Shown piece after piece: positions 1 to 9,604 of a stretch of DNA of 64,000 bases. The notes beneath the pieces are model-generated. The model searched no databases, was not told the DNA's origin, and saw only the letters and a program-made list of their open reading frames with translations. The stretch is from assembly GCA_017524805.1 (NCBI GenBank), contig JAFXUX010000006.1:389-64388 (forward strand). The letters are read 5' to 3'. Position 1 is the stretch's first letter; each line of letters opens with the position of its first letter. The translations under genes were made by a program, and so were the position numbers. Source of the DNA: Candidatus Methanomethylophilaceae archaeon (GTDB lineage: Archaea; Thermoplasmatota; Thermoplasmata; Methanomassiliicoccales; Methanomethylophilaceae).

Positions 1-1756
1 TCCCGATAGATGCTACCCCGCTCAGATCGATTCTAGCCAGGGACCCGCAACCGCTGAAGGCGCTGGTGCCCAGGGTGTCGGCGCCGCCGAGGTAGACACG
101 CGCAAGGGACGAGCAGCCGAAGAAGGCGTACGCACCGACGGAGGCCGCCCCGTTCAGGGTGACTGAGGCGAGGTTCCTGCAGCCGTGGAAGGCGCTGCGG
201 CCGACGTCCACCTCGGAGATGACCGAAACGATGGAACCGTTCCTGAGGAAGGCTTTGGGCGCGATAGATGTGACGGTCCATTCGAACCCGAGGTAGCTGA
301 TGGACGCGGGGACGAAGATATCGGTCGCATCATCGTCGGCCAGGCGGACCGCGGTCACTATCTTGGAATCCGCCCCGTTGTCGGTGATCCTGTACTTCAC
401 GCCGTCGTAGACGATGGTCCCCCTGAGGGGCGGGACGTACAGCTCGAGACAGGTGGCATCCACACCGGTGAACTTGTGGCCGGCCATGGCTTCAGCGCTG
501 AAATCCATCGGCCTTTCGTTCTCATCATAGAATTTGCACCAGAGGAAAGCGCCATTGCCGACTTCCGCAAAATCCGCTCCGAACACGATGTAATTGAGGC
601 CGTAGCATTCCGCGAAGGCGTAATCGCCTATGGACACTTCGCCGCCCGAGAACTTGAGGCACTCGAGCGCGCTCCCGCAGAATGCGTAGTACCCGATGGT
701 GGTGACGGTGGCGGGGATCTTCACGTAACGGAAGTAATTGCCGTCCGGGTCCTCATCCTTCAGGGCGGCCCCGGCGCCCATGAAAGCCATGGAGGCTATC
801 TCCTTGACGGTCGCCGGTATGTCGAGGCTCCGCTTCGAGGCGGGAAATTTCAGGAGCGTGGATACCTCTTTGTCGTACAGGACCCCGTCCACGGACGCGA
901 AAGTCGCGTTATCTCCGAGCACCTCTATAGACGCGAGATATGGGCTGTCAAGGGCGTTGTCCCCGATGGACGCGACCTCGGTGCCGATCGAGACCGACAC
1001 TAAGGTTTCGCATTCCGCAAAGGCCCGTTCGACGATCGCCACGGGAAAATATTCCGCGCCGCCGTGCTTGACCATCGAGGGCACGGACAGGGATTCGGGG
1101 GCCCCCACGAAGCCTGCCGCGGATACCCGGCCATCGGAGAGCAGGGCGTAGCACACGGAGCCCTCCGAGAACCCCTCGTACAGATTGCCGTCGCCGGGGC
1201 CCACGAACTCCCTGCCGCGGAGGGTTTCGGCGTCTCCATCAAGCTCCGTGTCCCCGCTGTAGAAGGATGCGTCAAATGCACCGGGCCCGAGATAATCCAG
1301 AGAATCGGAGAACCTGACGTATGCCAGATTTTCGCAGTGACTGAATGCATTATCCCCCACGCTTGTCGCCGAGGGCAGGCTCACCTCCCTCAGGAACTCG
1401 CAGCCCCAGAAGGCGTCTTCCCCCACGCTTGTCGCCGAGGGCAGGCTCACCTCCCTCAGGAACTCGCAGCCCCAGAAGACGCCTTCCCCCACGGACTCCA
1501 CCGTCCAGTCGATACCGTCGTAGCTCACCGTGCCTTCCACGCGCACGGGGCTGCCGACGTAACCTATGATATTAACGTATTGTCTATGTTCGTCAGTCAC
1601 TTCGTATACGATGTCGTCCGCGGTGAATTCTTCACCTTCCGACAGCGCCTCGGCGCCGTCCGAGAGGGAGACGGCCGCGAGAGCTATCATCGCCAATGCG
1701 ATGGCGGCGGCCGATGCCCACTGAAAGCCGCGCAGATTCAATGTGCTTGGTTCCAT
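1..1756 (-). CDS. BspA-like leucine-rich-repeat surface protein (3' end runs off the window)
   Basis: Absent from the ORF track because no stop lies inside the window. My translation from the ATG at 1756 gives MEPSTLNLRGFQWASAAAIALAMIALAAVS (signal/TM segment). Many ~22-23 aa units of the type FxGCxxLxxVxLPxSxxxIGxxAF follow. The long + strand ORFs 185..1003 and 1064..1882 are antisense shadows. Confidence 0.75.
   Translation of the reverse strand, partial: MEPSTLNLRGFQWASAAAIALAMIALAAVSLSDGAEALSEGEEFTADDIVYEVTDEHRQYVNIIGYVGSPVRVEGTVSYDGIDWTVESVGEGVFWGCEFLREVSLPSATSVGEDAFWGCEFLREVSLPSATSVGDNAFSHCENLAYVRFSDSLDYLGPGAFDASFYSGDTELDGDAETLRGREFVGPGDGNLYEGFSEGSVCYALLSDGRVSAAGFVGAPESLSVPSMVKHGGAEYFPVAIVERAFAECETLVSVSIGTEVASIGDNALDSPYLASIEVLGDNATFASVDGVLYDKEVSTLLKFPASKRSLDIPATVKEIASMAFMGAGAALKDEDPDGNYFRYVKIPATVTTIGYYAFCGSALECLKFSGGEVSIGDYAFAECYGLNYIVFGADFAEVGNGAFLWCKFYDENERPMDFSAEAMAGHKFTGVDATCLELYVPPLRGTIVYDGVKYRITDNGADSKIVTAVRLADDDATDIFVPASISYLGFEWTVTSIAPKAFLRNGSIVSVISEVDVGRSAFHGCRNLASVTLNGAASVGAYAFFGCSSLARVYLGGADTLGTSAFSGCGSLARIDLSGVASIG
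1354..1485 (-). repeat. 66-bp tandem duplication (2 copies, 2 mismatches) inside the LRR gene
   Basis: cccccacgcttgtcgccgagggcaggctcacctccctcaggaactcgcagccccagaag... occurs at 1354..1419 and again at 1420..1485. This equals one 22-aa LRR unit (EDAFWGCEFLREVSLPSATSVG) duplicated in frame. Confidence 0.9.
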
Positions 1757-2080
1757 GGGAAAAGCCACGCCTCGCGCGCACTTAATGGTAGCGATGATCC
1801 CCGGCCCGACGGATCTGCCGCCCGGCACCGAACCGCGGCGGGGGTTCAGCGGATGCTGTGTCCGTCCGTGTTAACAGGTTAAAGGAATTAACAGAATTAC
1901 GTTTGAAACATCATTCTATTATTTCAGTCCCTTCCGTGCGGGCCGCTCCCCACCGGCGTCGACCGCGGAAAGAACGCGGTTCCCCACCGAACATCGAACG
2001 GGGCCCGCATCGTCCCTGTTGGGAGCGGGAACCTTCGATCTGGCTCGGGCGGCATCAAAAACGGGCAGGCCCACCTGTTA

Positions 2081-2242
2081 CTAATGCCATTCAAAATACT
2101 TTCCCCATTTCTTACAATCAGGATGATGAGGTTCCTTCCTTGCAAAGCCCATTGACTTGCCGTCCTTCATACCGGCGGCCACATCCTTGAAAGACGACTT
2201 GCTGACGCGCTTAATTCTTCGAGTTTCCGCCCTATATGCCAT
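2081..2242 (-). CDS. small hypothetical protein (53 aa) ending in tandem stops TAG-TAA
   Basis: Below the ORF-track size cutoff. My translation is MAYRAETRRIKRVSKSSFKDVAAGMKDGKSMGFARKEPHHPDCKKWGKYFEWH followed by tag taa (plus-strand tta cta at 2078..2083). It starts 14 nt after the stop of the 107-aa ORF upstream. Confidence 0.35.
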   Translation of the reverse strand: MAYRAETRRIKRVSKSSFKDVAAGMKDGKSMGFARKEPHHPDCKKWGKYFEWH

Positions 2243-2255
2243 ATAGGACGAAGCG

Positions 2256-2579
2256 TCATCGCCAGTCTATTCTTTTATTGGGGTCCGGATACATGGGCCC
2301 GTACCCGTGGAAAAAATCCCCTCTGGCCTCGACCTCCGCAGCCTTCGCCTCGGCGGACGCTGCAGCCGCCAGAACGTCGTCCTCGGAGATCAAATATGCC
2401 TCCGCCAGGAACGCGACGGTCTCGTTCCTCTCCCTGCGGATGTACGCCCTCGCCTCCAGGAACGTGCATCCGGCGATCTCCTGCAGCAGCCACAAACGGG
2501 TACAGTACCTGACCTTCCTCTCCCTCTCCTTCTTGTTCATCGCTTCCTCCTCGGAACCATTGGTATCCGTTGCCCTCAC
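2256..2579 (-). CDS. hypothetical protein (107 aa)
   Basis: ORF-track entry with a GTG start and protein-like composition (…KVRYCTRLWLLQEIAGCTFLEARAYIRRERNETVAFLAEAYLISEDDVL…). I recognise no family. Confidence 0.45.
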   Translation of the reverse strand: MRATDTNGSEEEAMNKKERERKVRYCTRLWLLQEIAGCTFLEARAYIRRERNETVAFLAEAYLISEDDVLAAAASAEAKAAEVEARGDFFHGYGPMYPDPNKRIDWR

Positions 2580-2883
2580 AAAGATTCGGCTCGATCTTGC
2601 CGATGTATTTGGTGAGATCGACTCCGGACAGCTAAGACTTGAAGTATTCGAACCATGCCCCGTATTCGTCTAAGTCCATACCGAAAATCTCTTCATAGAA
2701 CCAGGGCCAGTCGGCTCTCAGCTAGTCGCACCCTACGAACGTCGCCTCCTCGAACGTGAGACCAACCTTCTCCTGCAGAGCCCAGAGAAGAAGAGCATAC
2801 TCCTCCTGGTAATCGAATATAAAACAGTCCGAATGCTCGGGTCTAAGAATCGGATCGTGCCTGATCTCGCCCACTATCCTCAA
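2580..2883 (-). pseudogene. fragmented or recoded coding remnant with two in-frame TAG codons
   Basis: Minus-strand frame from TTG at 2883 reads LRIVGEIRHDPILRPEHSDCFIFDYQEEYALLLWALQEKVGLTFEEATFVGCD-TAG(2722..2724)-LRADWPWFYEEIFGMDLDEYGAWFEYFKS-TAG(2632..2634)-LSGVDLTKYIGKIEPNL. It is protein-like across both TAGs. It then runs out of frame relative to ORF 2256..2579. Confidence 0.35.
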
Positions 2884-3153
2884 CTCTCCGTCCGGGCGCT
2901 CAGCTCTTTTTTTCCTTCTCCCATGGGATTCCCTCCCGACTCGCTTTCGGATATCTCCAAGGACGTCCTTGTCCCCTCTTTCTTTTTTGATTTCCTCGTG
3001 CGGCCTTAGTTCCTTTGCATCATCTTCGCTGCCATATCATCTTTTATCGATTTTCTCTTCGACATCTCGCTCATGACAGTTGATTCCGATTTCGATGGCG
3101 AGAAACCCAAAGCAGATTCTATTCAGCTAACATCATCAGAACGAAGGTTCTGA

Positions 3154-3221
3154 GTAACTATTCAGGACCTTCGCAGTAACACTATAGTAAAATATCATTA
3201 CGATAGGTCCTGAATAGTTAC
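3154..3221. repeat. perfect 17-bp inverted repeat with a 34-bp spacer
   Basis: gtaactattcaggacct at 3154..3170 is the exact reverse complement of aggtcctgaatagttac at 3205..3221. It lies about 150 bp upstream of the 3372 CDS in a lower-GC stretch. Confidence 0.85.
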
Positions 3222-3371
3222 CTTCCAACTATCTGCGACGATTTTGGAGTCTTGCTCTATGATTTCCCATACAAACACCGTTTCAACTGCGCGATGCCCA
3301 GATTCTAACCTCGATGGAAACAGCGACCACTGGTTAAGTAGGCGCCACAGATTGGTTGCTGCGGGATTCAT

Positions 3372-4349
3372 ATGAGCAAAAAGAGATCGAAAAGAACAAC
3401 ATACAATGGGCATCCAGAAGGCGAATCTGCCGACCCTATAGTGAAACTGCTGAAAGAGTTCATACCCTGCTCGCGTAAGTATTTCGCAGGCATAGGATGC
3501 GAGCCATTCGTGAATGACGACGGGGACTATCAGATACTCCGGAAATTCTCTGGTGAAACGGATATCATATCCTCCAACAAAGAAGGAAGAATCAAAATGA
3601 CGGTCACTTACATCGTATCTCCGGGCAGGAATCTGCGTCCGGAGACGATCGCCGCCCGCAAAGGGATAAAACTGTTCGAGAGAAACCCGGACGAATTCCT
3701 CTCCGAAAGCCCGGACAGAATCCGGAGATATTGCTCCGTAGCAGTGGTCATAGATCCACCCGCAGAGAACAGATGGACCGTCTCATCGTACAACATAAGA
3801 TGCATGCGCAAAGACAAGGAATACTTCGGCGAGAATGGAGAGGAATTCATGCATATCATAGTCCTGAACCTGGGCCCAAGCAAAGACAGCAATATGAAGG
3901 ACGGCGCAGGCCTGTTGGGCGTGATATTCGACAAGGATCTCACATTGAAGGAGACCGTATACGCCTTGGAAAAAAGGTTCATGCTGTCCGCCGATCTGAA
4001 CATAATGGAAGAGATCGCCACCTTACACGGATACCTGAGAGGGTATGCCGATGGAAAGAGCATGGCAGAGCCTGCTTACGATTTCGGGAAGGCAGTGGAG
4101 AACATACAGAGAGGGGAATTCATTGCTCTGGCCGAGATGGTCATGCGCGTCCATGACGAATGCGGAGTGCCGATCGAGGATCCCATCAGAGTATTGAAAC
4201 TGAATGAAGAAGAACGTGAAAAGGTCCTCGCGGAAGTGGAGAAAATCCTGAAAGCCAGGGAGTGCTTTGCCAGGATGCCGAAGAAGACCGATGTCCCCGA
4301 TGCGAACCGCGAAAATCAGGAGTCTTCAGCGGACGAACCTGCCGCTTGA
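3372..4349 (+). CDS. hypothetical protein (325 aa) with weak resemblance to PD-(D/E)XK Rpn/TIGR01784-type putative nucleases
   Basis: Clean ORF in a lower-GC accessory stretch. The segment VAVVIDPPAENRWTVSSYNIRCMRKDKEYFGENGEEFMHIIVLNLG and the helical C-terminus recall that family only loosely. Confidence 0.5.
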   Translation: MSKKRSKRTTYNGHPEGESADPIVKLLKEFIPCSRKYFAGIGCEPFVNDDGDYQILRKFSGETDIISSNKEGRIKMTVTYIVSPGRNLRPETIAARKGIKLFERNPDEFLSESPDRIRRYCSVAVVIDPPAENRWTVSSYNIRCMRKDKEYFGENGEEFMHIIVLNLGPSKDSNMKDGAGLLGVIFDKDLTLKETVYALEKRFMLSADLNIMEEIATLHGYLRGYADGKSMAEPAYDFGKAVENIQRGEFIALAEMVMRVHDECGVPIEDPIRVLKLNEEEREKVLAEVEKILKARECFARMPKKTDVPDANRENQESSADEPAA

Positions 4350-4510
4350 TGCCGTTTTTACCCGTATAGCCTTATCTCCGTAGTATGGCACGCCCATTGG
4401 CTTCTCCATGCCCACCGATTCTGCACAGAATAGATTTCAAAGTGTCCCCCATCGGATTCGCTAATGGGGGATCCGGAAATCGCACGATCTCCGGCAAAAC
4501 TCGTGCCCAG

Positions 4511-6433
4511 TCATGACAAGCGTTCCAATTCCTCTGCGGCCTCCTCATTGCCGTTCTCTGCGGATTCCGAATACCACCTCTTCGCTTCCTCCAGGGATTT
4601 CGGGACTCCCTTCCCTTGCTCGAAGAAGCGCCCTATATGAAGCTGAGCCAGCGCATTGCCACCTTCCGCTGCCTTCAGATACCATTCCGCCGCCTTCTCA
4701 TAGGATTTGTCCGCTGCCATCCCGTTCTCGTACATATAACCGAGATTGTTTTGAGCCGAGAGATGGCCTTGGTCTGCCGCTTCGGAGAACCATCTGAAGG
4801 CTTCCGCATCGGATTTCGGCACACCCTTCCCATCCACGAACATCAGACCGAGACAGAATTGCGAATGCGGATCTCCGAGCTCAGCCCCTTTCCTATACCA
4901 TTCCGCCGCCTTGATATCGGAATGGCCCGGCCACTCCTCATCCTCATAGATGAGACCCAGTTCGTTGGAGGCGTCCAGCATCCTGCCTTCGAACGCTTTC
5001 TCCAGCAGAGGAATCGCCCTCTCATAGGATTGCTCGACGCCTTCCCCGAGGCGGAGAAGCCTCCCCAGATTGTAGCAGGACCTGATGTGCCCCTGGGATA
5101 CGGCCTTCTCGTAGAACTCGGCAGCTTTCTCGCAGGATTGCTCGACGCCCTCGCCCTCCTCATACATAGAACCCAGATTGTTCTGGCAGTATGGGTCTCC
5201 GAGCTCAGCCCCTTTCCGATACCATTCTGCAGCCCTCTCGTAAGATTTCTCGATGCCTTCCCCGTTGAAAAGCGAGACGGCCAGATTGAAGCAGGCATCC
5301 GCATCCCCGCCTTCTGCGGCCCTCTCATACCACTTGACAGCCTCCTCGCAGGACTTTTCGACGCCCTCGCCCCTCTCGTACATCCCGCCCAGAAGATACT
5401 GGGAACGCGGATCGCCTTGATCGGCGGCCTTGGAATACAATTCGATGGCTTTTGCGTAGGACCTCTCCACGCCTTCCCCATCCCTGTACATGGAAGCGAG
5501 ATTGCACTGCGCCCTGATATTGCCCTGATCGGCTGCCCTGGAAAACCAGATCAGCGCATCATCGTAGGACTGATCCACGCCCAGGCCGTGCTGATACATC
5601 ATTCCGACGTTGTTCGCCGCGTCTGCATCCCCATCATCAGCGGCCATTTCGAACAGCTCGAAAGCCTTCTCGTAAGATTTCTCCGTCCCGAGCCCGCTGA
5701 AATATAAGAGCCCCAGGTTGTTCATAGCCCGGGGGTATTTCGTGGCCGCCGCTTCTGAGTACAGCTCGATAGCTCTCTCGTAGGACTGCTCCACGCCCAG
5801 GCCGTGGTCATAAAGATAGCCAAGATCGCACTGCGCCACGTCCAGCCCCATTTCGGCGGCTTTCCCGTAGTATTCGGCGGCCTTCGCATAGGATTGTTCG
5901 GTGCCCTTCCCGTTCTCGTAAAGATTGGCCAAGCAGCGGTATCCCATGGCGTTGCCTCTGTCTCCGGCTTTCTTATACAGCTCCAGCGCTTTCCGGAAGG
6001 ACTCCTCCGTCCCTTCCTTCTCATGCCTCAATGCCATCATCTACAGACAGAACGCGTTCCCATACTCTGCGCCCAAAGCGTAGAGGTCCATGCCGTCGTA
6101 AAACCCGTCCCCGACAATCCCCAATGTCTGGCAGAGATTTCCGGCGCGTTCCATGGCGAACCCGTCGCCCGCATCGGCAGCCAGACCGTACCACCTTATA
6201 GCTTCGATCAGACTGGGACGGACCCCCAAGCCATGCTCGAATGCCAGCCCCATCATGCATTGCGCGTCGCGGTCCCCATCTCCGGACGCCTCGGCCAAAA
6301 AATCCAACGTTTCCTCGTCCGTGCCGAAGAAACCTGACCATTCGCCCATCCTGGCCGCCAAACGGGACGACATCTCCGAATCCTTCCCGCCGCCTTCCAG
6401 CAGCCACCCCACCACCGCGGAAACATCTTTCAT
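4511..6433 (-). CDS. Sel1-like repeat (SLR/TPR-like) protein, single reading frame interrupted by one TAG at 6041..6043
   Basis: ORFs 6041..6433 (130 aa) and 4511..6040 (509 aa) are contiguous and in the same frame. Both consist of 36-aa units of the type AxxWYxKAAxxGxxxAQxxLGxMYxxGxGVExS. The junction reads GNAFCL-TAG-MMALRHEKEGTEES. Confidence 0.75.
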
Positions 6434-6568
6434 GAGGGACGGATGGCAAAAAACGTATTTCGCCCTTGCTTCCCGCCTTCTGCGGATCGGATGGGCATCG
6501 CAACGATCGCTGCCGCTCTGGCTTCCGCTGACTTGGACCGATCCGATTACGACGGCCGATCGGGCGCC

Positions 6569-7135
6569 TCAATGATGGCCTTTCTCATAGGGCCAAACCG
6601 GCTCCGGCTGCTCTCCGGACAGATATTTCCTGAGCGTATCGGCCTCAACGACGCTGCATATGACCTCGGCAGCCTTGTTCCCCTCTTGGTTGTATGGGAT
6701 CGTCGCGTCTTTTCCCAGATACGGGCATATGCCCCTCTCGCCGGCCCCATAATAGGTGGTAATCACGCAGAACTCCGTCAGCATCCCGGCGAATAGGACG
6801 CAGTCGATGCCGTTCTTCGACAGGATATCCTCCAGATCGGTCTCCTTGAAGCAATTCATATGCTCCTTGCGGACGATTATATCTGAATCCTCCACTTCCA
6901 ACCCCTGAAGCCATTCGTCGCCGTCGTCGCCTTCGTAGCCGCAATGGGACGGGCCGACGAATCCGACGAATATCACCGGGGCGCCATATTTGCGGAAAAT
7001 CCTTGCGTATTCGTTGATCGCCTCTACGGCGGGTTCCATGCGCTCCTTCCAATCCGCAACCGGGAGCGAGAATTTGCGCTGGGGGTCGATGACTATCATC
7101 GCCATCTTCTTGCCCCATATGGATTCGGCTTTCAT
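6569..7135 (-). CDS. isochorismatase-family cysteine hydrolase
   Basis: MAMIVIDPQRKF…, NCFKETDLEDILSKNGIDCVLFAGMLTEFCVITT are typical isochorismatase/nicotinamidase-fold motifs. Confidence 0.85.
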   Translation of the reverse strand: MKAESIWGKKMAMIVIDPQRKFSLPVADWKERMEPAVEAINEYARIFRKYGAPVIFVGFVGPSHCGYEGDDGDEWLQGLEVEDSDIIVRKEHMNCFKETDLEDILSKNGIDCVLFAGMLTEFCVITTYYGAGERGICPYLGKDATIPYNQEGNKAAEVICSVVEADTLRKYLSGEQPEPVWPYEKGHH

Positions 7136-8475
7136 ATCTGCACCTCCATAGAAATCGGCTCATACATCTCTTCCAAAGCGACCAGAACGACATCCTCCCT
7201 CGAATTTGCCATTTCCTTGAGATCATCCGCGAATCCGCACCCAGAGAACAGCATCAAAATGAGCTTATTGTCTATCTTAATCTTTTTGGAGCCGCTCTGA
7301 AGCCTCTTGAAATCGCGCATATCCATGGGGTCCCCGTGGAACCTGGACAGGGTGCATATGTTCACCATGCGCCCATCTGCGTCCCTCGCGATGACGGCGT
7401 AATCGGCATCCGGCCCGGAAGGACCTCCGCCGCGAACCTTCCCGACAGATATGGTGTTGTAGTGTATTTTGACGTATTCTTTGGTGATGGTCCTGAATAT
7501 ATCGGAAAGATAAGGCTCCAAAGCATCCAAAGCCGCGACGAATGCCTTGTCCTCGGAGAAGAAATCGTCTCCGAGCCTGCACTTCGTTATCACGGTGAAG
7601 TAGAATCTCAGAATATTGCTGGAGAAAACGCACACCCAATTCCTTTTGTCGAAATCGGAGAATTCGCGGGATACCATCCCTCTGTTCTCCATCTCAGCGA
7701 TCGCCTTCTGGCACTGGCCTGCTGACAGCCCGGACCTTGACTGGATCTCTTTCGGGGATTCCGCCCCGGAGGCCATCGCGTAGAGTACCCTGATGCAATC
7801 CCCCTTCGGGGCCACATCGGACATGGTGGATTCGACTTCCAGAGAAAACACAGACATCTTGCCTATGAACTGATCCCTTATTGCATCCTCAGGATCGCCG
7901 GCCAGAAGATGCTGGTATGCGGGCGTCCCTCCGACGATCGCGTAAGCCTTGAGCTGCTGGATCGGCCCGAACTCCGGATGGAATCCCGCACATTCCAGAT
8001 AGTTCATGGGCCTGATCTCTTTCGGATTCGTTATCCTGCCGAAGATGGAGCTGTCGGTATCGCACGCGATAAGGAAGATCTTGGTTTCCTTTATGTCGCG
8101 GGAGAGGAATCTGGAGAGAGCGCTGTACATGTGCGGGAACTGGGCCATAAGCTCGGAATAATTGTCGAGGATGACCACAGTCCTTTTCGTGCATATCTGT
8201 TTGAGGCGGTCGAACAGCTCATCCTCATCTTCGATATGCTCTTTCTCGCCGGAGCATCTCCCGACAGCCTCCTCGATATTGCGCAGCAGATCCGATTTTG
8301 GGCCGTTGAAGCCGGAAATATATATGTGGCGCTTGTACTCGCAGAATTTCTGAAGCAAGGCGGTCTTCCCCAGACGCTTCCTTCCATATATGGCGCAGCT
8401 CTGAGGGGCTGCTTTGTACAGGCTCTCCAAATAATCCAGATAATCGCTCCGACCGACGAATCCGTCCATGCCCAT
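7132..8475 (-). CDS. archaeal-type AAA ATPase (Arch_ATPase/DUF234-like)
   Basis: N-terminus FVGRSDYLDYLESLY…AIYGRKRLGKTALL (Walker A), 447 aa. It makes a 4-nt overlap with the downstream gene. Confidence 0.8.
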   Translation of the reverse strand: MGMDGFVGRSDYLDYLESLYKAAPQSCAIYGRKRLGKTALLQKFCEYKRHIYISGFNGPKSDLLRNIEEAVGRCSGEKEHIEDEDELFDRLKQICTKRTVVILDNYSELMAQFPHMYSALSRFLSRDIKETKIFLIACDTDSSIFGRITNPKEIRPMNYLECAGFHPEFGPIQQLKAYAIVGGTPAYQHLLAGDPEDAIRDQFIGKMSVFSLEVESTMSDVAPKGDCIRVLYAMASGAESPKEIQSRSGLSAGQCQKAIAEMENRGMVSREFSDFDKRNWVCVFSSNILRFYFTVITKCRLGDDFFSEDKAFVAALDALEPYLSDIFRTITKEYVKIHYNTISVGKVRGGGPSGPDADYAVIARDADGRMVNICTLSRFHGDPMDMRDFKRLQSGSKKIKIDNKLILMLFSGCGFADDLKEMANSREDVVLVALEEMYEPISMEVQI

Positions 8476-8669
8476 AAAACGCCGTTTGTTTATAAGATAA
8501 TTCTAGGGCAGTGTTTTTAGGAAAGACTAAATTTATATAATATTTAGGTATTCCTAAATTTAGGCAACAAAAGGAGGCGGATAATAAAGAAAGAGTGAAA
8601 CCAAAACCGGCCCGCGAAAAGTCCAGTGGCAAAAAAGTAGTATCACACGGGCCGGCCGTATACCAAAAC

Positions 8670-9488
8670 TCATTCCCGGTAGAGTTCCGGACGCCTTCTG
8701 TCAAGATAATAAACGTTCCTCATCGTGACGTATCCGTCGCCCTCTCTTATGAGCTCAAGCGGTTCCTTGCGTAGATCCGTGACCAATCTGGCCTCGTCGC
8801 CGGAGGAATCCTGCGCGATGACCTTCCCGAAGGGATCCAAGACCATGGCGCACCCGCCGAAATTCACGCCGCAACCGTTGTCTCCGGAAGCGTTGACAGC
8901 CACAACATACACCGAATTGTCGTAAGCTCTGGCCGGAAGCGTCCTGTTCCAGATGTCCATCCTGCGCTGGGGCGGAAGGGAAGAGGCCGTCGGCATAAGA
9001 ACTACATCCGCACCGTTCTGCGCGTATGTGCGGGTGATGTCGGGGAAATGCGATTCCCAGCACAGCTGTATGCCGAAAACCGCCTTTTTCGTGTATATGA
9101 CGTCCAATGAATCTCCCGGCACAATCCTCTCGGATTCGGCGTCGCCCAGATGCGTCTTCCAGTATTCGCCGACTATCTTACCCCTCTCGGCGATGGCTTG
9201 GACTATATGGCCTTCGTAATCCACGTAGCCGAAACAGATGCAGATATCCATGGACGCCGCGACCAATCTCCTGAACTCAGAGGAATACTCGCCCGTCTCG
9301 ACGATCTTGCCGGACGACACTGCATACCCTGTCAGCGAAAGCTCCGGGAAGACTATCATGTCCGCCCCTAGCATCTTCGCCTCCTCTATTTTCCTCAGCA
9401 TGGAATCGAGGTTCCCGGCGATGTTGCCCGCTTCGGACCTCATGCATGACAACGCTATGCTCATGTCCTCCATGGAATCCGAATGCAA
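8670..9488 (-). CDS. carbon-nitrogen hydrolase (nitrilase superfamily)
   Basis: FPELSLTGY, then the HLGDAE.. region, then CWESHFP (catalytic Cys context), 272 aa. Confidence 0.85.
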   Translation of the reverse strand: MHSDSMEDMSIALSCMRSEAGNIAGNLDSMLRKIEEAKMLGADMIVFPELSLTGYAVSSGKIVETGEYSSEFRRLVAASMDICICFGYVDYEGHIVQAIAERGKIVGEYWKTHLGDAESERIVPGDSLDVIYTKKAVFGIQLCWESHFPDITRTYAQNGADVVLMPTASSLPPQRRMDIWNRTLPARAYDNSVYVVAVNASGDNGCGVNFGGCAMVLDPFGKVIAQDSSGDEARLVTDLRKEPLELIREGDGYVTMRNVYYLDRRRPELYRE

Positions 9489-9604
9489 GGGATAGGTTAT
9501 TGCGGTATCGATTTGGATTCGCCATTATGTGCGTTTCGAAAAAAACTAAACGAATAATATTTTGTAATATCCCGCCGCGGATGGCCCGAGGCGGGGAAAT
9601 GATT

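Noticed and set aside
185-1882. Long + strand ORFs 185..1003, 738..1151 and 1064..1882
   Set aside because: Their translations are low-complexity and G/R/P/H-rich. They lie antisense to a clean LRR-protein frame on the minus strand. These are typical shadow ORFs of GC-rich coding DNA.
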